A stretch of DNA of 64,000 bases from NCBI GenBank assembly GCA_964430735.1, contig CAYSFB010000006.1, forward strand, positions 76,089 through 140,088, given 5' to 3'. The notes under the pieces are model-generated. The model worked only from the letters and a program-made list of their open reading frames with translations, did no database searches and had not been told where the DNA came from. Numbering within the stretch: the first letter of the stretch is position 1; the number at the start of each line of letters is the position of its first letter. The stretch comes from an uncultured Planctomycetia bacterium (GTDB lineage Bacteria; Omnitrophota; Gorgyraeia; 2-02-FULL-51-18; JAGOUK01). Both the position numbers and the translations under genes were made by a program. This document shows, piece after piece, positions 24,592 through 33,217 of this stretch.

Positions 24592-25332
24592 ATGTCCAAA
24601 CAACTCGCTCTGTACGGATTCGTCCGCCGCAAAGACGGTCTTCGGATTCGCCCTGAAGGAGTGGACAAGGGACGCTGCTCGCTTTTTTACAGCGGAACCG
24701 AATCGGCCGCGGTTGTTTCGTGGATCAAGGACAAGGAATTCCAGCCCGACCCCAACGACATGCTCCGCCACGAAGAGGCGGTCCAGCAGATCTTCGACAA
24801 GCAGGTCATCCTGCCCGCCAAATTTCCCAAGATCATTTCCGTCGAAGCGCTCGAAAAAAGCATGGCCGAGATGGAGGGCGACCTGCGCAAAGTCCTCCAG
24901 CGCATCGTCTACAAAAACGAATACCACGTGCGCGTCATCATGACCGACCCGGTCGTCGAAGAGCCGCCCGTCGCCGGCTACAACCAGATGTCCAAATTCA
25001 TCATGGAAAATTCCTCGCGCTACAAGTACAAACACTACTTCCCGCTCCTGACCAAGGAAGCGAAGGAGGCGGAGTTCGTCGACTACGCGGAAACGGTCGT
25101 GCGGCACATTTCGCACAAGCTCTGCGTCGAGACGACCTATTGGCGGGGAAAAAGCTTTTTGTCGGAAAAAGTGCTGCTCGATTCCTATTTCTGGGTCCGG
25201 AAGCACAAGACCGAAATTTTTAAAAAGTGCGTGCAGGAACTCAAGGACTTCTATCCGAACCTGCGGTTCAGCGTGCTCGGACCCAACCCGCCGTTCAACT
25301 TCGTGCAGCTGGAGTTCGTGGAAAATTTATGA
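24592..25332 (+). CDS. GvpL/GvpF-family protein (gas-vesicle accessory protein family), orphan
   Basis: N-terminal LALYGFVRRKD, ...SAAVVSWI..., HEEAVQQIFDKQVILPAKFPKII match GvpFL family landmarks; no gvpA/N/K nearby. Confidence 0.6.
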   Translation: MSKQLALYGFVRRKDGLRIRPEGVDKGRCSLFYSGTESAAVVSWIKDKEFQPDPNDMLRHEEAVQQIFDKQVILPAKFPKIISVEALEKSMAEMEGDLRKVLQRIVYKNEYHVRVIMTDPVVEEPPVAGYNQMSKFIMENSSRYKYKHYFPLLTKEAKEAEFVDYAETVVRHISHKLCVETTYWRGKSFLSEKVLLDSYFWVRKHKTEIFKKCVQELKDFYPNLRFSVLGPNPPFNFVQLEFVENL

Positions 25333-25441
25333 TATTTTTCTTCTCCAGACGCGGATTCCTCCTCAAGTTCACGCTCGCGGCCGCGTACTGCTTCGTCACG
25401 TTCGCCAGGTAAACGTCCGTCCCCCAAAAGGCTAAACCGTC

Positions 25442-27370
25442 ATGTGCGGAATATTCGGTTACGTCGGCCGCAAAGAAGCCGTTCCCATTCTCCTCAAAGG
25501 CCTCTCGCGTCTGGAATACCGCGGGTATGATTCCGCGGGTATCGCCGTTCTGAACGGCGGCTCGACTCTGGCCGTGCGCAAGAAGAAGGGGAAGGTGAAG
25601 GAATTGGCCGCCTCTCTTGCTTCCGACAGGCAGGCCCCGCACGGCTTCATCGGTCTCGGCCACACGCGCTGGGCCACGCACGGCGCGCCCAACGACGAAA
25701 ACGCCCACCCGCACCTCGACTGCTCCGAAAAAATCGCCGTCATCCACAACGGCATCATCGAGAATTACGCCGAGCTCAAGGAAAAGCTCAAGGACGAAGG
25801 CCACCGCTTCCGGTCGAATACCGACTCCGAGGTGCTCGCGCATCTGGTCGAAAAATATTTTATCAAGACGCGCAGCGTCAAAGAGGCGCTGCGGCTGGCC
25901 GTTTCCAAGGCGCGCGGATCGTACGCGATCGGCGTCATCCATGCGGACGAGCCGGGACGCATCACCGCCACCCGCGTCGACAGCCCGCTCGTCCTCGGCG
26001 TCGGCAAACACGAGAACTTCATCGCTTCCGACGTGTCGGCGATTCTCGAACACACGCGCGAAGCGGTCGCGATCGAAAACGGCGAGATCGTCGTGATCGA
26101 TGAAGGCTCCTATGCGTTGACCGGCCCGGACGGCCGCACGATCAAGCGGGCGCCGCGTCACGTCGAATGGAATGTCGCGGAAGCAGAAAAGCAGGGCTAC
26201 GCCCACTTCATGCTCAAGGAAATATTCGAGCAGCCCGGCATCCTCGAGGGCTTCATTCAGAAGCGCGCCGAAAAATCCGGTGTCCGGTTCGCCGAACTCA
26301 AGATCAAGAAGGCGAGACTCGCCGCCGTCAAAAACGTCCACATCGTCGCGTGCGGCACGTCATATCACGCGGGGCTCGTCGGCAAATACATCCTCGAGAC
26401 TCTCACGCCCTTGAGCGTGTCGGTCGATAACTCGTCGGAGTTCCGGTACCGCGACCCGAAGGTCGACCGGTCGAGTCTGGTGATCGTCATCTCCCAGTCG
26501 GGTGAGACGGCCGACACGCTGGCGGCGCTCCGCGAAGCGAAGAAAAAAGGCGCCTCCGTCCTCGCGATCCTGAACGTACTCGGCAGCACGATCGAACGTG
26601 AAGCGGACGGCGTGATCTACACCTACGCCGGTCCCGAAATCGCCGTTGCGTCGACCAAGGCCTACACGGCGCAGCTCGGCGCGCTCTACTGCCTGGCCTT
26701 CCATCTGGGACTCGAAATATTTGCACCGAAGACGCCGAAGCGGCGCGCGGAGCTCCTGTCGCTTTTGGCGGAGTTCAAGAAGATCCCGGGTGCGATGAGC
26801 GAATTCCTCGAAGACTACAAGTTGGATCGCGCCACCTGGGACACGAATTGCGAAGTCTACAACCGCCGCTACCACGAATCGCTCGAGCGTTACTTCAAGG
26901 CGCCGGCGGCGAAACGCAAACGCGCTCCGAACGCGTTTTTCATGTACCTCGGCCGCAACATCAACTATCCGAGCGCGCTCGAAGGCGCCCTTAAGCTCAA
27001 AGAAATCGCGTACATCTCCGCGGAAGGCTACGCGGCCGGTGAGATGAAGCATGGACCCATCGCGCTCATCGACGAAAACCCCTGGGTTGTCTGTATCGCG
27101 GTCGATTCGCCGACTTACGAAAAGATGGTCTCGAACATCGAAGAGATCAAAGCGCGCGGCGGCATGATCACCGCGATCGTGACCAAAGGCAACCAGGAAG
27201 TGAAAAAGCTCGGGCTTTATCTCTACATCGAAGTTCCCAAGGTCTCGGAACTTTTTACGCCGCTGCTGGTCGCGCTGCCGCTGCAGCTCATCGCGTACCA
27301 CGTCGCCAAGGAATACAAGGAAGAAATCGACCAGCCGCGCAACCTCGCCAAGTCGGTGACGGTCGAATGA
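25442..27370 (+). CDS. glmS: Glutamine--fructose-6-phosphate aminotransferase
   Basis: MCGIFGYVG N-terminal Cys, two SIS domains, C-terminal ...SVTVE. Confidence 0.9.
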   Translation: MCGIFGYVGRKEAVPILLKGLSRLEYRGYDSAGIAVLNGGSTLAVRKKKGKVKELAASLASDRQAPHGFIGLGHTRWATHGAPNDENAHPHLDCSEKIAVIHNGIIENYAELKEKLKDEGHRFRSNTDSEVLAHLVEKYFIKTRSVKEALRLAVSKARGSYAIGVIHADEPGRITATRVDSPLVLGVGKHENFIASDVSAILEHTREAVAIENGEIVVIDEGSYALTGPDGRTIKRAPRHVEWNVAEAEKQGYAHFMLKEIFEQPGILEGFIQKRAEKSGVRFAELKIKKARLAAVKNVHIVACGTSYHAGLVGKYILETLTPLSVSVDNSSEFRYRDPKVDRSSLVIVISQSGETADTLAALREAKKKGASVLAILNVLGSTIEREADGVIYTYAGPEIAVASTKAYTAQLGALYCLAFHLGLEIFAPKTPKRRAELLSLLAEFKKIPGAMSEFLEDYKLDRATWDTNCEVYNRRYHESLERYFKAPAAKRKRAPNAFFMYLGRNINYPSALEGALKLKEIAYISAEGYAAGEMKHGPIALIDENPWVVCIAVDSPTYEKMVSNIEEIKARGGMITAIVTKGNQEVKKLGLYLYIEVPKVSELFTPLLVALPLQLIAYHVAKEYKEEIDQPRNLAKSVTVE

Positions 27371-28056
27371 CCGGCTCCGGCACGCTCACTCTCGTCGCCA
27401 CACCGATCGGAAATCTGAAGGACTTAAGCCCGCGCGCCGTCGAAGCGCTTCAGGCGGCGGATCTGGTCGTATGCGAAGACACGCGGCACAGCGGACGGCT
27501 GCTGGCGCACTCTGGGGTTTCCAAACCGATGCTGGCCTTGTTCCTGGGACAGGAGCGCCAGCGGACGGAATCCGCGCTCAAGGCGCTGGAGTCGGGGAAA
27601 AACGTCGCTCTGATCACCGACGCCGGGACTCCGGCGATCCAGGACCCGGGGTTTTTGCTCGTCCGGGCCGCGGTCGAAAAGGGGATCCCCGTGACCGCCG
27701 TTCCGGGCGCCTGTGCGGCGGTGGTCGCGCTTACGATTTCGGGCCTTCCGACGGACCGGTACCTGTTCGAGGGCTTCCTGCCGGTCAAGGCCGGTCCGCG
27801 CCGCCGGCGGATCGAGAGCTGGAAAACGCTCGAATGCACAGTCGTCGTCTACGAGTCCCTGTACAAAATCCGGCGCACGCTCGAGGATCTGGAGGCCGTT
27901 CTGGGCGACGTCCGGATCGCCGTGGCCCGCGAACTCACCAAAAAGTTCGAGGAAGTCCTGCGCGGCCGGGTCAGCGAGATCCGCAAAACATTCGATACCC
28001 AGGAACCCCGCGGCGAATTCGTGATCGTGATCGACCCTTCCCCCGTTCTTTCCTGA
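27367..28056 (+). CDS. rsmI: 16S rRNA (cytidine1402-2'-O)-methyltransferase RsmI
   Basis: GTLTLVATPIGNLKDLSPRA, tetrapyrrole-methylase fold; ATGA overlap with glmS. Confidence 0.85.
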   Translation: MTGSGTLTLVATPIGNLKDLSPRAVEALQAADLVVCEDTRHSGRLLAHSGVSKPMLALFLGQERQRTESALKALESGKNVALITDAGTPAIQDPGFLLVRAAVEKGIPVTAVPGACAAVVALTISGLPTDRYLFEGFLPVKAGPRRRRIESWKTLECTVVVYESLYKIRRTLEDLEAVLGDVRIAVARELTKKFEEVLRGRVSEIRKTFDTQEPRGEFVIVIDPSPVLS

Positions 28057-28138
28057 TCCCGGACTGAATCTAGAATCGCCCGTTCCGCCCGCCGATTCGC
28101 GGCCCACCCCGTCCTAAAATAGATATTTTTTGTTAATC

Positions 28139-28168
28139 TTGAATATAAATAGCAAGGAATGTATACAT
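28139..28168 (+). promoter_or_regulatory. Promoter/operator of pseudopilin operon: TTGAAT-N17-TATACA overlapping palindrome AATGTATACAT
   Basis: Same architecture and 14-nt core AAGrAATGTATACAT as at 33142-33171. Confidence 0.4.
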
Positions 28169-28240
28169 TAAGCAGGAGAACCTTCGCCTGGACCGGCGAA
28201 GGGGTTTGGTCGGTTCAAAAGGCCTGATGGGGGTGTTGGC

Positions 28241-28666
28241 ATGGCACGATTACGGCAGAAGCGAGTTTGGAATCGGAAGGGGTTCACCCTTTTGGAGGTC
28301 ATGATCACCCTGTTGATCGCCGTTTTGCTCGGAGGTGCGCTGCTGTGGGCGAGTCTGGGAACACGGCATTCGGTCCGCGTGGGCATTCTGTATTCGAAGG
28401 CCACGGCGCTGGCCCGGAGCTATGTCGAACGGATCAAAGCCATGGACTATGACGATATTGCCGATGCGGCGGACGTCGGCGTCCTGATCGACGACAACGC
28501 GACAGCGGCTCTTACGGACGATGTGAACGGTGCGGTCACAACCGAGGTGACGGACAACGGCAACGACACCAAGACCGTTCTGGTGACCGTCAGCTGGACC
28601 TCCAAGGCCCTCGGTTCGACCGTGAATCATCAGGTGGACATCAGTGCCCTGGTGTCGGATTTTTAA
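28241..28666 (+). CDS. Type IV pilin-like / type II secretion pseudopilin (prepilin N-methylation motif)
   Basis: KGFTLLEVMITLLIAVLL: G|FTLLE with Glu+5. Confidence 0.75.
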   Translation: MARLRQKRVWNRKGFTLLEVMITLLIAVLLGGALLWASLGTRHSVRVGILYSKATALARSYVERIKAMDYDDIADAADVGVLIDDNATAALTDDVNGAVTTEVTDNGNDTKTVLVTVSWTSKALGSTVNHQVDISALVSDF

Positions 28667-28669
28667 GAG

Positions 28670-29230
28670 GTGGTTATGAGAAGCGGGAAGGGTCAAAACG
28701 GCTTTACGCTGCTGGAAATGATGTTCGCCTGTTTCGTCATGTCGATCATCATGGCGGGTATTTTTGGCACCGTGATCGCCGTCATGAAAAACGACAGACG
28801 TTCGTCGGTCGAGGCGGAGCTGTACGCGGCCGCGTCGCGCGCCGTGGAGCGGGTGCAGCGCGGCGGAGACGGGCTGGCCGGATTGATGAAGGCGCGTGAA
28901 GCGTCGGTGTCGATCGGAGCCGCCGGAGCCACCGTCGATTTTGACGTGGACCAGAATAATCCTTATACGGCATCCACTGCGGACGATACGCAGATGAGCG
29001 TTTACGTGCTGGATGTCGACGGCGTGCCCGCAACCGTGGAAGACGACCAGCTCATCATGGATCCGGATGTGACCGCGCCATCCGACGAGATGATTCTTTG
29101 CGAAGGCGTTGCGGATCTGAACTTTTCGAAAAACGACCGATTGATCACGATGACGATCGAGCTTGAGCGGAGTGTGCGCGGGCAGCCCATCCGGGTGAAC
29201 TCCCAGCAGGATATTTACCTGAGGAATTAA
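28670..29230 (+). CDS. Prepilin-type N-terminal cleavage/methylation domain protein (minor pilin/pseudopilin)
   Basis: NGFTLLEMMFACFVMSIIMAG. Confidence 0.7.
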   Translation: MVMRSGKGQNGFTLLEMMFACFVMSIIMAGIFGTVIAVMKNDRRSSVEAELYAAASRAVERVQRGGDGLAGLMKAREASVSIGAAGATVDFDVDQNNPYTASTADDTQMSVYVLDVDGVPATVEDDQLIMDPDVTAPSDEMILCEGVADLNFSKNDRLITMTIELERSVRGQPIRVNSQQDIYLRN

Positions 29231-29231
29231 A

Positions 29232-30302
29232 ATGCGTATTCACAATAATCGAGGGATGGTTCTGGCGACGCTGATCGGATTTGTGGCCGTCCTCACGGTC
29301 GGGTTCACGGCGATGTCGGCTCTGACGGCCCAAAAGGCCAGAGCCCAGCATCGGGCCATTCATTCGGTCCAGTCCATGTATCTGGCGGAAGCCGCCGTCG
29401 AAAGGGCGAAGGTGGACCTGTCGGCTGATTTTTCCGCCGTGTCGGCGGAGAGCGAGGGGAGCGTGTTCAGCATGGGAGAGGGACAGTTCTATTTTGACAT
29501 CGCTCCGACGGCCGATCCCGACGAGCTGTTGGTGACCGGATACGGCGCCGTGCCGGATTTTGCATCCCCGCAGCAGGTGCGGTCGGTTCAGATCAAGATC
29601 GCGAGCGTGCCTACGACCATTCCGATCGATTTTGATTATGCGATTTTTGCGTCCGATACGATTGACATCAACGGCAGCGCCAACACGGTGGCGGGCGATA
29701 TCTTCGCGGGCAATAACATCGACTGCTCTCCTGCCAGCTGCCCAGGTGTTACAGGGTCGAAAACGGAAGAAGGGGACTCGGATTATCCGTTTCCCGAGCT
29801 GAACATGGATCAGATGAAAGCGATCGCGATCAGTCAGGGCAATTATTTCGCCTCCACCCCCACCGCCGACGAGCTGCCAGCGGACTTTTATTTCACGGCG
29901 CCTTCCGGCGGACATCCCGGCGTGCCGAATATTGTCTATATCGAGGGGACGCTCACAGTCGGTTCTGGAAAAACGGTCGGCGGACTTGTGATCGTCGCCG
30001 GGGACTACGCGACCAACCCCTCCAGCCCCGGCGGCAATATGACGATGAACGGGAATGCCCGTGTGAAGGGCGTCATCTATGCGCTGGGGAATGTGACCAC
30101 GAACGGCGGCGGGACCACGTCTCCGACGATCGACGGCGTGATTTATTCCCAGTCGATCGTCACGTTGAACGGAAAACCGGTGGTCGCCAACAGTTCCGAA
30201 TACGTGAACAGTCTCGAAACGTCCGAATTCGATACCGGCGAGATCCGGGGTTCCGATTGGAACGAAGTGGAAGTGCCTGATGAAATCCGTCATCCGGACT
30301 GA
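29232..30302 (+). CDS. PilX-N-domain-like pilus assembly protein with glycine-rich beta-solenoid-like region
   Basis: N-terminal hydrophobic helix then YLAEAAVERAKVDL (PilX_N signature); GGTTSPTIDGVIYSQSIVTLNG repeats. Confidence 0.5.
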   Translation: MRIHNNRGMVLATLIGFVAVLTVGFTAMSALTAQKARAQHRAIHSVQSMYLAEAAVERAKVDLSADFSAVSAESEGSVFSMGEGQFYFDIAPTADPDELLVTGYGAVPDFASPQQVRSVQIKIASVPTTIPIDFDYAIFASDTIDINGSANTVAGDIFAGNNIDCSPASCPGVTGSKTEEGDSDYPFPELNMDQMKAIAISQGNYFASTPTADELPADFYFTAPSGGHPGVPNIVYIEGTLTVGSGKTVGGLVIVAGDYATNPSSPGGNMTMNGNARVKGVIYALGNVTTNGGGTTSPTIDGVIYSQSIVTLNGKPVVANSSEYVNSLETSEFDTGEIRGSDWNEVEVPDEIRHPD

Positions 30303-30819
30303 GCGGACCGCATTTGAGCGGAGGATCTGGTCCAATCGGGGGGCCGGCCTGGTCGAGGTGCTGATTGCGGCCGGTATTTCGATGATCGTTTTTGTTTCGA
30401 TTTTGTCGACGGTGTCCGGAATTTCCGCGATCACGGCGCTGTCCCGGCATTATACCCAGGCGATGCACGTCGTGCGGGGCGAAGCAGAAGAGCTCCGGGG
30501 GACCCAGTTCAGCACGATCGCGAACAGCGTGGCACAGGTTCCGTACGACGCGGGTTCCGACAACGTCTTCGGGACGCCCGACGACCTGATGGGGACGCTC
30601 ACAGTGACCGTGGCTGACCGGGCGGACTTTGACGGGGACAACATCACGGGCGAGACGACGATCGACGTGAACGGGGACGGTGTCAACGACTGCACTGACT
30701 TTCCGGCCTGCACCGATCCTTATACCAAGCCGGTTCGCATTTCCCTCAACTGGAGCGAGCGGTTCTGGAGTCTCAACAAAAACGTGACCGTGTCCCTGGA
30801 CACGCTGATCGCCCAATGA
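30280..30819 (+). CDS. Atypical prepilin-like protein (G|AGLVE, Glu+5)
   Basis: NRGAGLVEVLIAAGISMIVFVSIL. Confidence 0.5.
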   Translation: MKSVIRTERTAFERRIWSNRGAGLVEVLIAAGISMIVFVSILSTVSGISAITALSRHYTQAMHVVRGEAEELRGTQFSTIANSVAQVPYDAGSDNVFGTPDDLMGTLTVTVADRADFDGDNITGETTIDVNGDGVNDCTDFPACTDPYTKPVRISLNWSERFWSLNKNVTVSLDTLIAQ

Positions 30820-31349
30820 AGATCCTGCGGAGCCGCTCCGGCATGACCTTGCTCGAAGTGATGTTCGCGATGATGCTTACGACCATGATCTGCGCCTCGC
30901 TCTGGGCGGTTACGACGTTCGTCGAGAGGACGCGGGCGCAGGATGAAGCCCAAATGAAGATTACGGACGAAGCGAGGATCGCCATGGAAAAGATCCTGTG
31001 GGGGTACAAACCGGAGAGCAATGCGGATGCCCAGCGCAACGGGATCCGGGAGGCGGCGAGCTTCCAGATTCTGGACGGAGGCACGCGGCTTTCGTTTACG
31101 GACGCAGCCGGTGTCGTGCGCCAGATCCGGTTGAACGGAACGAGCATCGAGTACACGGAACCGGGCCTGGACGTCGCATGGGAAACACTCTACGCGCCCC
31201 CCGGGGGCGCGGATGCCCAAACGACGCTGTTGTTCGACAATTCGGATGTTTCGGCGGACGTGGTCGTGGTCGATCTGGTGATCGGACGGCGGGTCCGGGA
31301 AAGGTGGTTTTATGCCTCGATTGAATCCAAAGTCTTCGCGCGCAATTAA
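30816..31349 (+). CDS. Prepilin-like minor pilin (G|MTLLE, Glu+5)
   Basis: RSGMTLLEVMFAMMLTTMIC. Confidence 0.6.
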   Translation: MKILRSRSGMTLLEVMFAMMLTTMICASLWAVTTFVERTRAQDEAQMKITDEARIAMEKILWGYKPESNADAQRNGIREAASFQILDGGTRLSFTDAAGVVRQIRLNGTSIEYTEPGLDVAWETLYAPPGGADAQTTLLFDNSDVSADVVVVDLVIGRRVRERWFYASIESKVFARN

Positions 31350-33093
31350 GCCGCTCACGAGCCGTTCGGGCCTGGCGTTTCCGATGGTGATGGCGGTGAC
31401 CCTGATCGCGAGCGTGGAGCTCGCGTCGCTGGGGCTCTTCGCATCCAACCAGCTCGGACAGGTCCGCAAAAACGAAACGTACGTGAAGTCCTTTTATCTC
31501 GCTGAAGCGGCTTCGCAAAAAGCCGCCGCCCAGGTCCGGCTGCATATCAACACGCTGGCCACGGTTCCGGACGCGGCCGCGCTGGCGCTCATGTCCGCGG
31601 AAGCCCCGAACGTCGGCAACAATTTTACGGTGACGAATTACGCCATCAGTCTCGGAAACCTGACGTCCAACGCTGCGATCAGCGAAGGCGATTATGAGGG
31701 GCTGCGGGCGGATACGCAAAGCATCAACATCACCGCCCAAGTACGCGGTCCCTCGGCGTCTTCGCCCGCGGTGACCGTCCAGCAGGAAATCCAGGTCCAG
31801 CAGATCCCGGTCTTCCAGTTCGGCGTGTTCTATGACAACGACCTCGAAATCCTGCCCGGCGCCACGATGACGTTCGCCGGACCGGTGCACTCGAATGGAG
31901 ACATCTACCTCGAAACGAGCGCGTCCCTGACGTTTAACTCCGGAATCACGTCCGCCGGATCGATCACCCACGGCCGTAAGGATTCGAGCACGGTCGCCGC
32001 GGGCAACATCTTCATCAAGGACGCCGACGGGGTGAACCAGAATATGAAACTCGACGACGGAACCTGGCTGGATTCGGCTCACACGGACTGGCTGAACGAC
32101 TCCCAGACCCGCTGGGATGAGAACGTCAAATCCGACGTCCACAACACGCGCGAATTGACACTTCCGCTCCCCATCACCGAGAACCTAAACCAGATCATCA
32201 AGCGCCGGGCGGCAGATGACACTGCCACCGAGGTCAAGCAGAAGCTCGATTACAAGGCCCAGATCCGAATCGTCGACGGCCAGATTCTGGACCAGAACGG
32301 TGCGGCCATCGTTTTTAATTATTGTTCGACGGGCGGCGCGCTCGCCAGCTGTTCGGCCGCCAATACCGTCAAGCCCATCACGTTCCCGAGCCAAAGCTTC
32401 AGCGGCACCTGCAATTCCTCCTCGCACTTCAAAGACAATCGGGAAGGCAAGTGCATGAAGGCGACCGAAATCGACATCGCCAAACTCACTTCCAGCCCCA
32501 AGTACATCCAGTTGGCCGCCGCGAACGCCTCGGGGCTTGTGTTTTTTCACAGCGATTTGAGAAATAAAAATTCCTCGACCTATCGAGATGCGCTCCGGAT
32601 CGTGAACGGATCGACGGTGCCGTCCAAGATGACCTTCGCGTCCGAGAACCCGGTTTATGTCAAAGGAGACTTCAACACCAACAGCAAGAAAAACGTCGGC
32701 ATCATCGGCGACTCGATGAACATTCTTTCGAACGCCTGGTCGGACACGAACAGCACGTCCGGTCTCTCGAGTCGGACCGCCACCAACACTACTGTGAATG
32801 CGGCGGTGATCGCCGGCAACACGGAGACGACCTCCGGCAGCTATAACGGCGGATTTGAGAACATCCACCGCTTCCTCGAGAATTGGTCGAGCAAAACGAT
32901 CACGTTCGCGGGCTCGGTCGCGGTCTTGTACAACAGTTCCCAGGCCACTGGAGCATGGGGAAAATCCGATGTTTACAATGCGCCCAACCGCAGCTGGAGC
33001 TATGACACGGCTCTTTCGAGCGCCTCTGCCACGGTTCCGGGATTTCCCAGCGTGATCAATATCACCAAGGGGGAATGGGAGCAGGATGTCTGA
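31312..33093 (+). CDS. Large PilX-N-like pilus-associated protein (593 aa) at the PilY1-equivalent position
   Basis: N-terminal hydrophobic segment then SFYLAEAASQKAAAQVRL (same signature as the 356-aa protein); long Ser/Thr/Asn-rich extracellular region. Confidence 0.45.
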   Translation: MPRLNPKSSRAIKPLTSRSGLAFPMVMAVTLIASVELASLGLFASNQLGQVRKNETYVKSFYLAEAASQKAAAQVRLHINTLATVPDAAALALMSAEAPNVGNNFTVTNYAISLGNLTSNAAISEGDYEGLRADTQSINITAQVRGPSASSPAVTVQQEIQVQQIPVFQFGVFYDNDLEILPGATMTFAGPVHSNGDIYLETSASLTFNSGITSAGSITHGRKDSSTVAAGNIFIKDADGVNQNMKLDDGTWLDSAHTDWLNDSQTRWDENVKSDVHNTRELTLPLPITENLNQIIKRRAADDTATEVKQKLDYKAQIRIVDGQILDQNGAAIVFNYCSTGGALASCSAANTVKPITFPSQSFSGTCNSSSHFKDNREGKCMKATEIDIAKLTSSPKYIQLAAANASGLVFFHSDLRNKNSSTYRDALRIVNGSTVPSKMTFASENPVYVKGDFNTNSKKNVGIIGDSMNILSNAWSDTNSTSGLSSRTATNTTVNAAVIAGNTETTSGSYNGGFENIHRFLENWSSKTITFAGSVAVLYNSSQATGAWGKSDVYNAPNRSWSYDTALSSASATVPGFPSVINITKGEWEQDV

Positions 33094-33141
33094 GGGTTTT
33101 GCCGCCGACTTTCCCTCCGATCGGTTAATTTTTAGCAACCA

Positions 33142-33171
33142 TTGAAAAAGCTTATTTAAGAATGTATACAT
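33142..33171 (+). promoter_or_regulatory. Promoter/operator of subtilase gene: TTGAAA-N17-TATACA overlapping palindrome AATGTATACAT
   Basis: Copy 2 of the motif seen at 28139-28168. Confidence 0.4.
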
Positions 33172-33217
33172 AGGCTTGGGTGACCGGCAGGTTTTTATTT
33201 AACGGGGGCATTCGACC

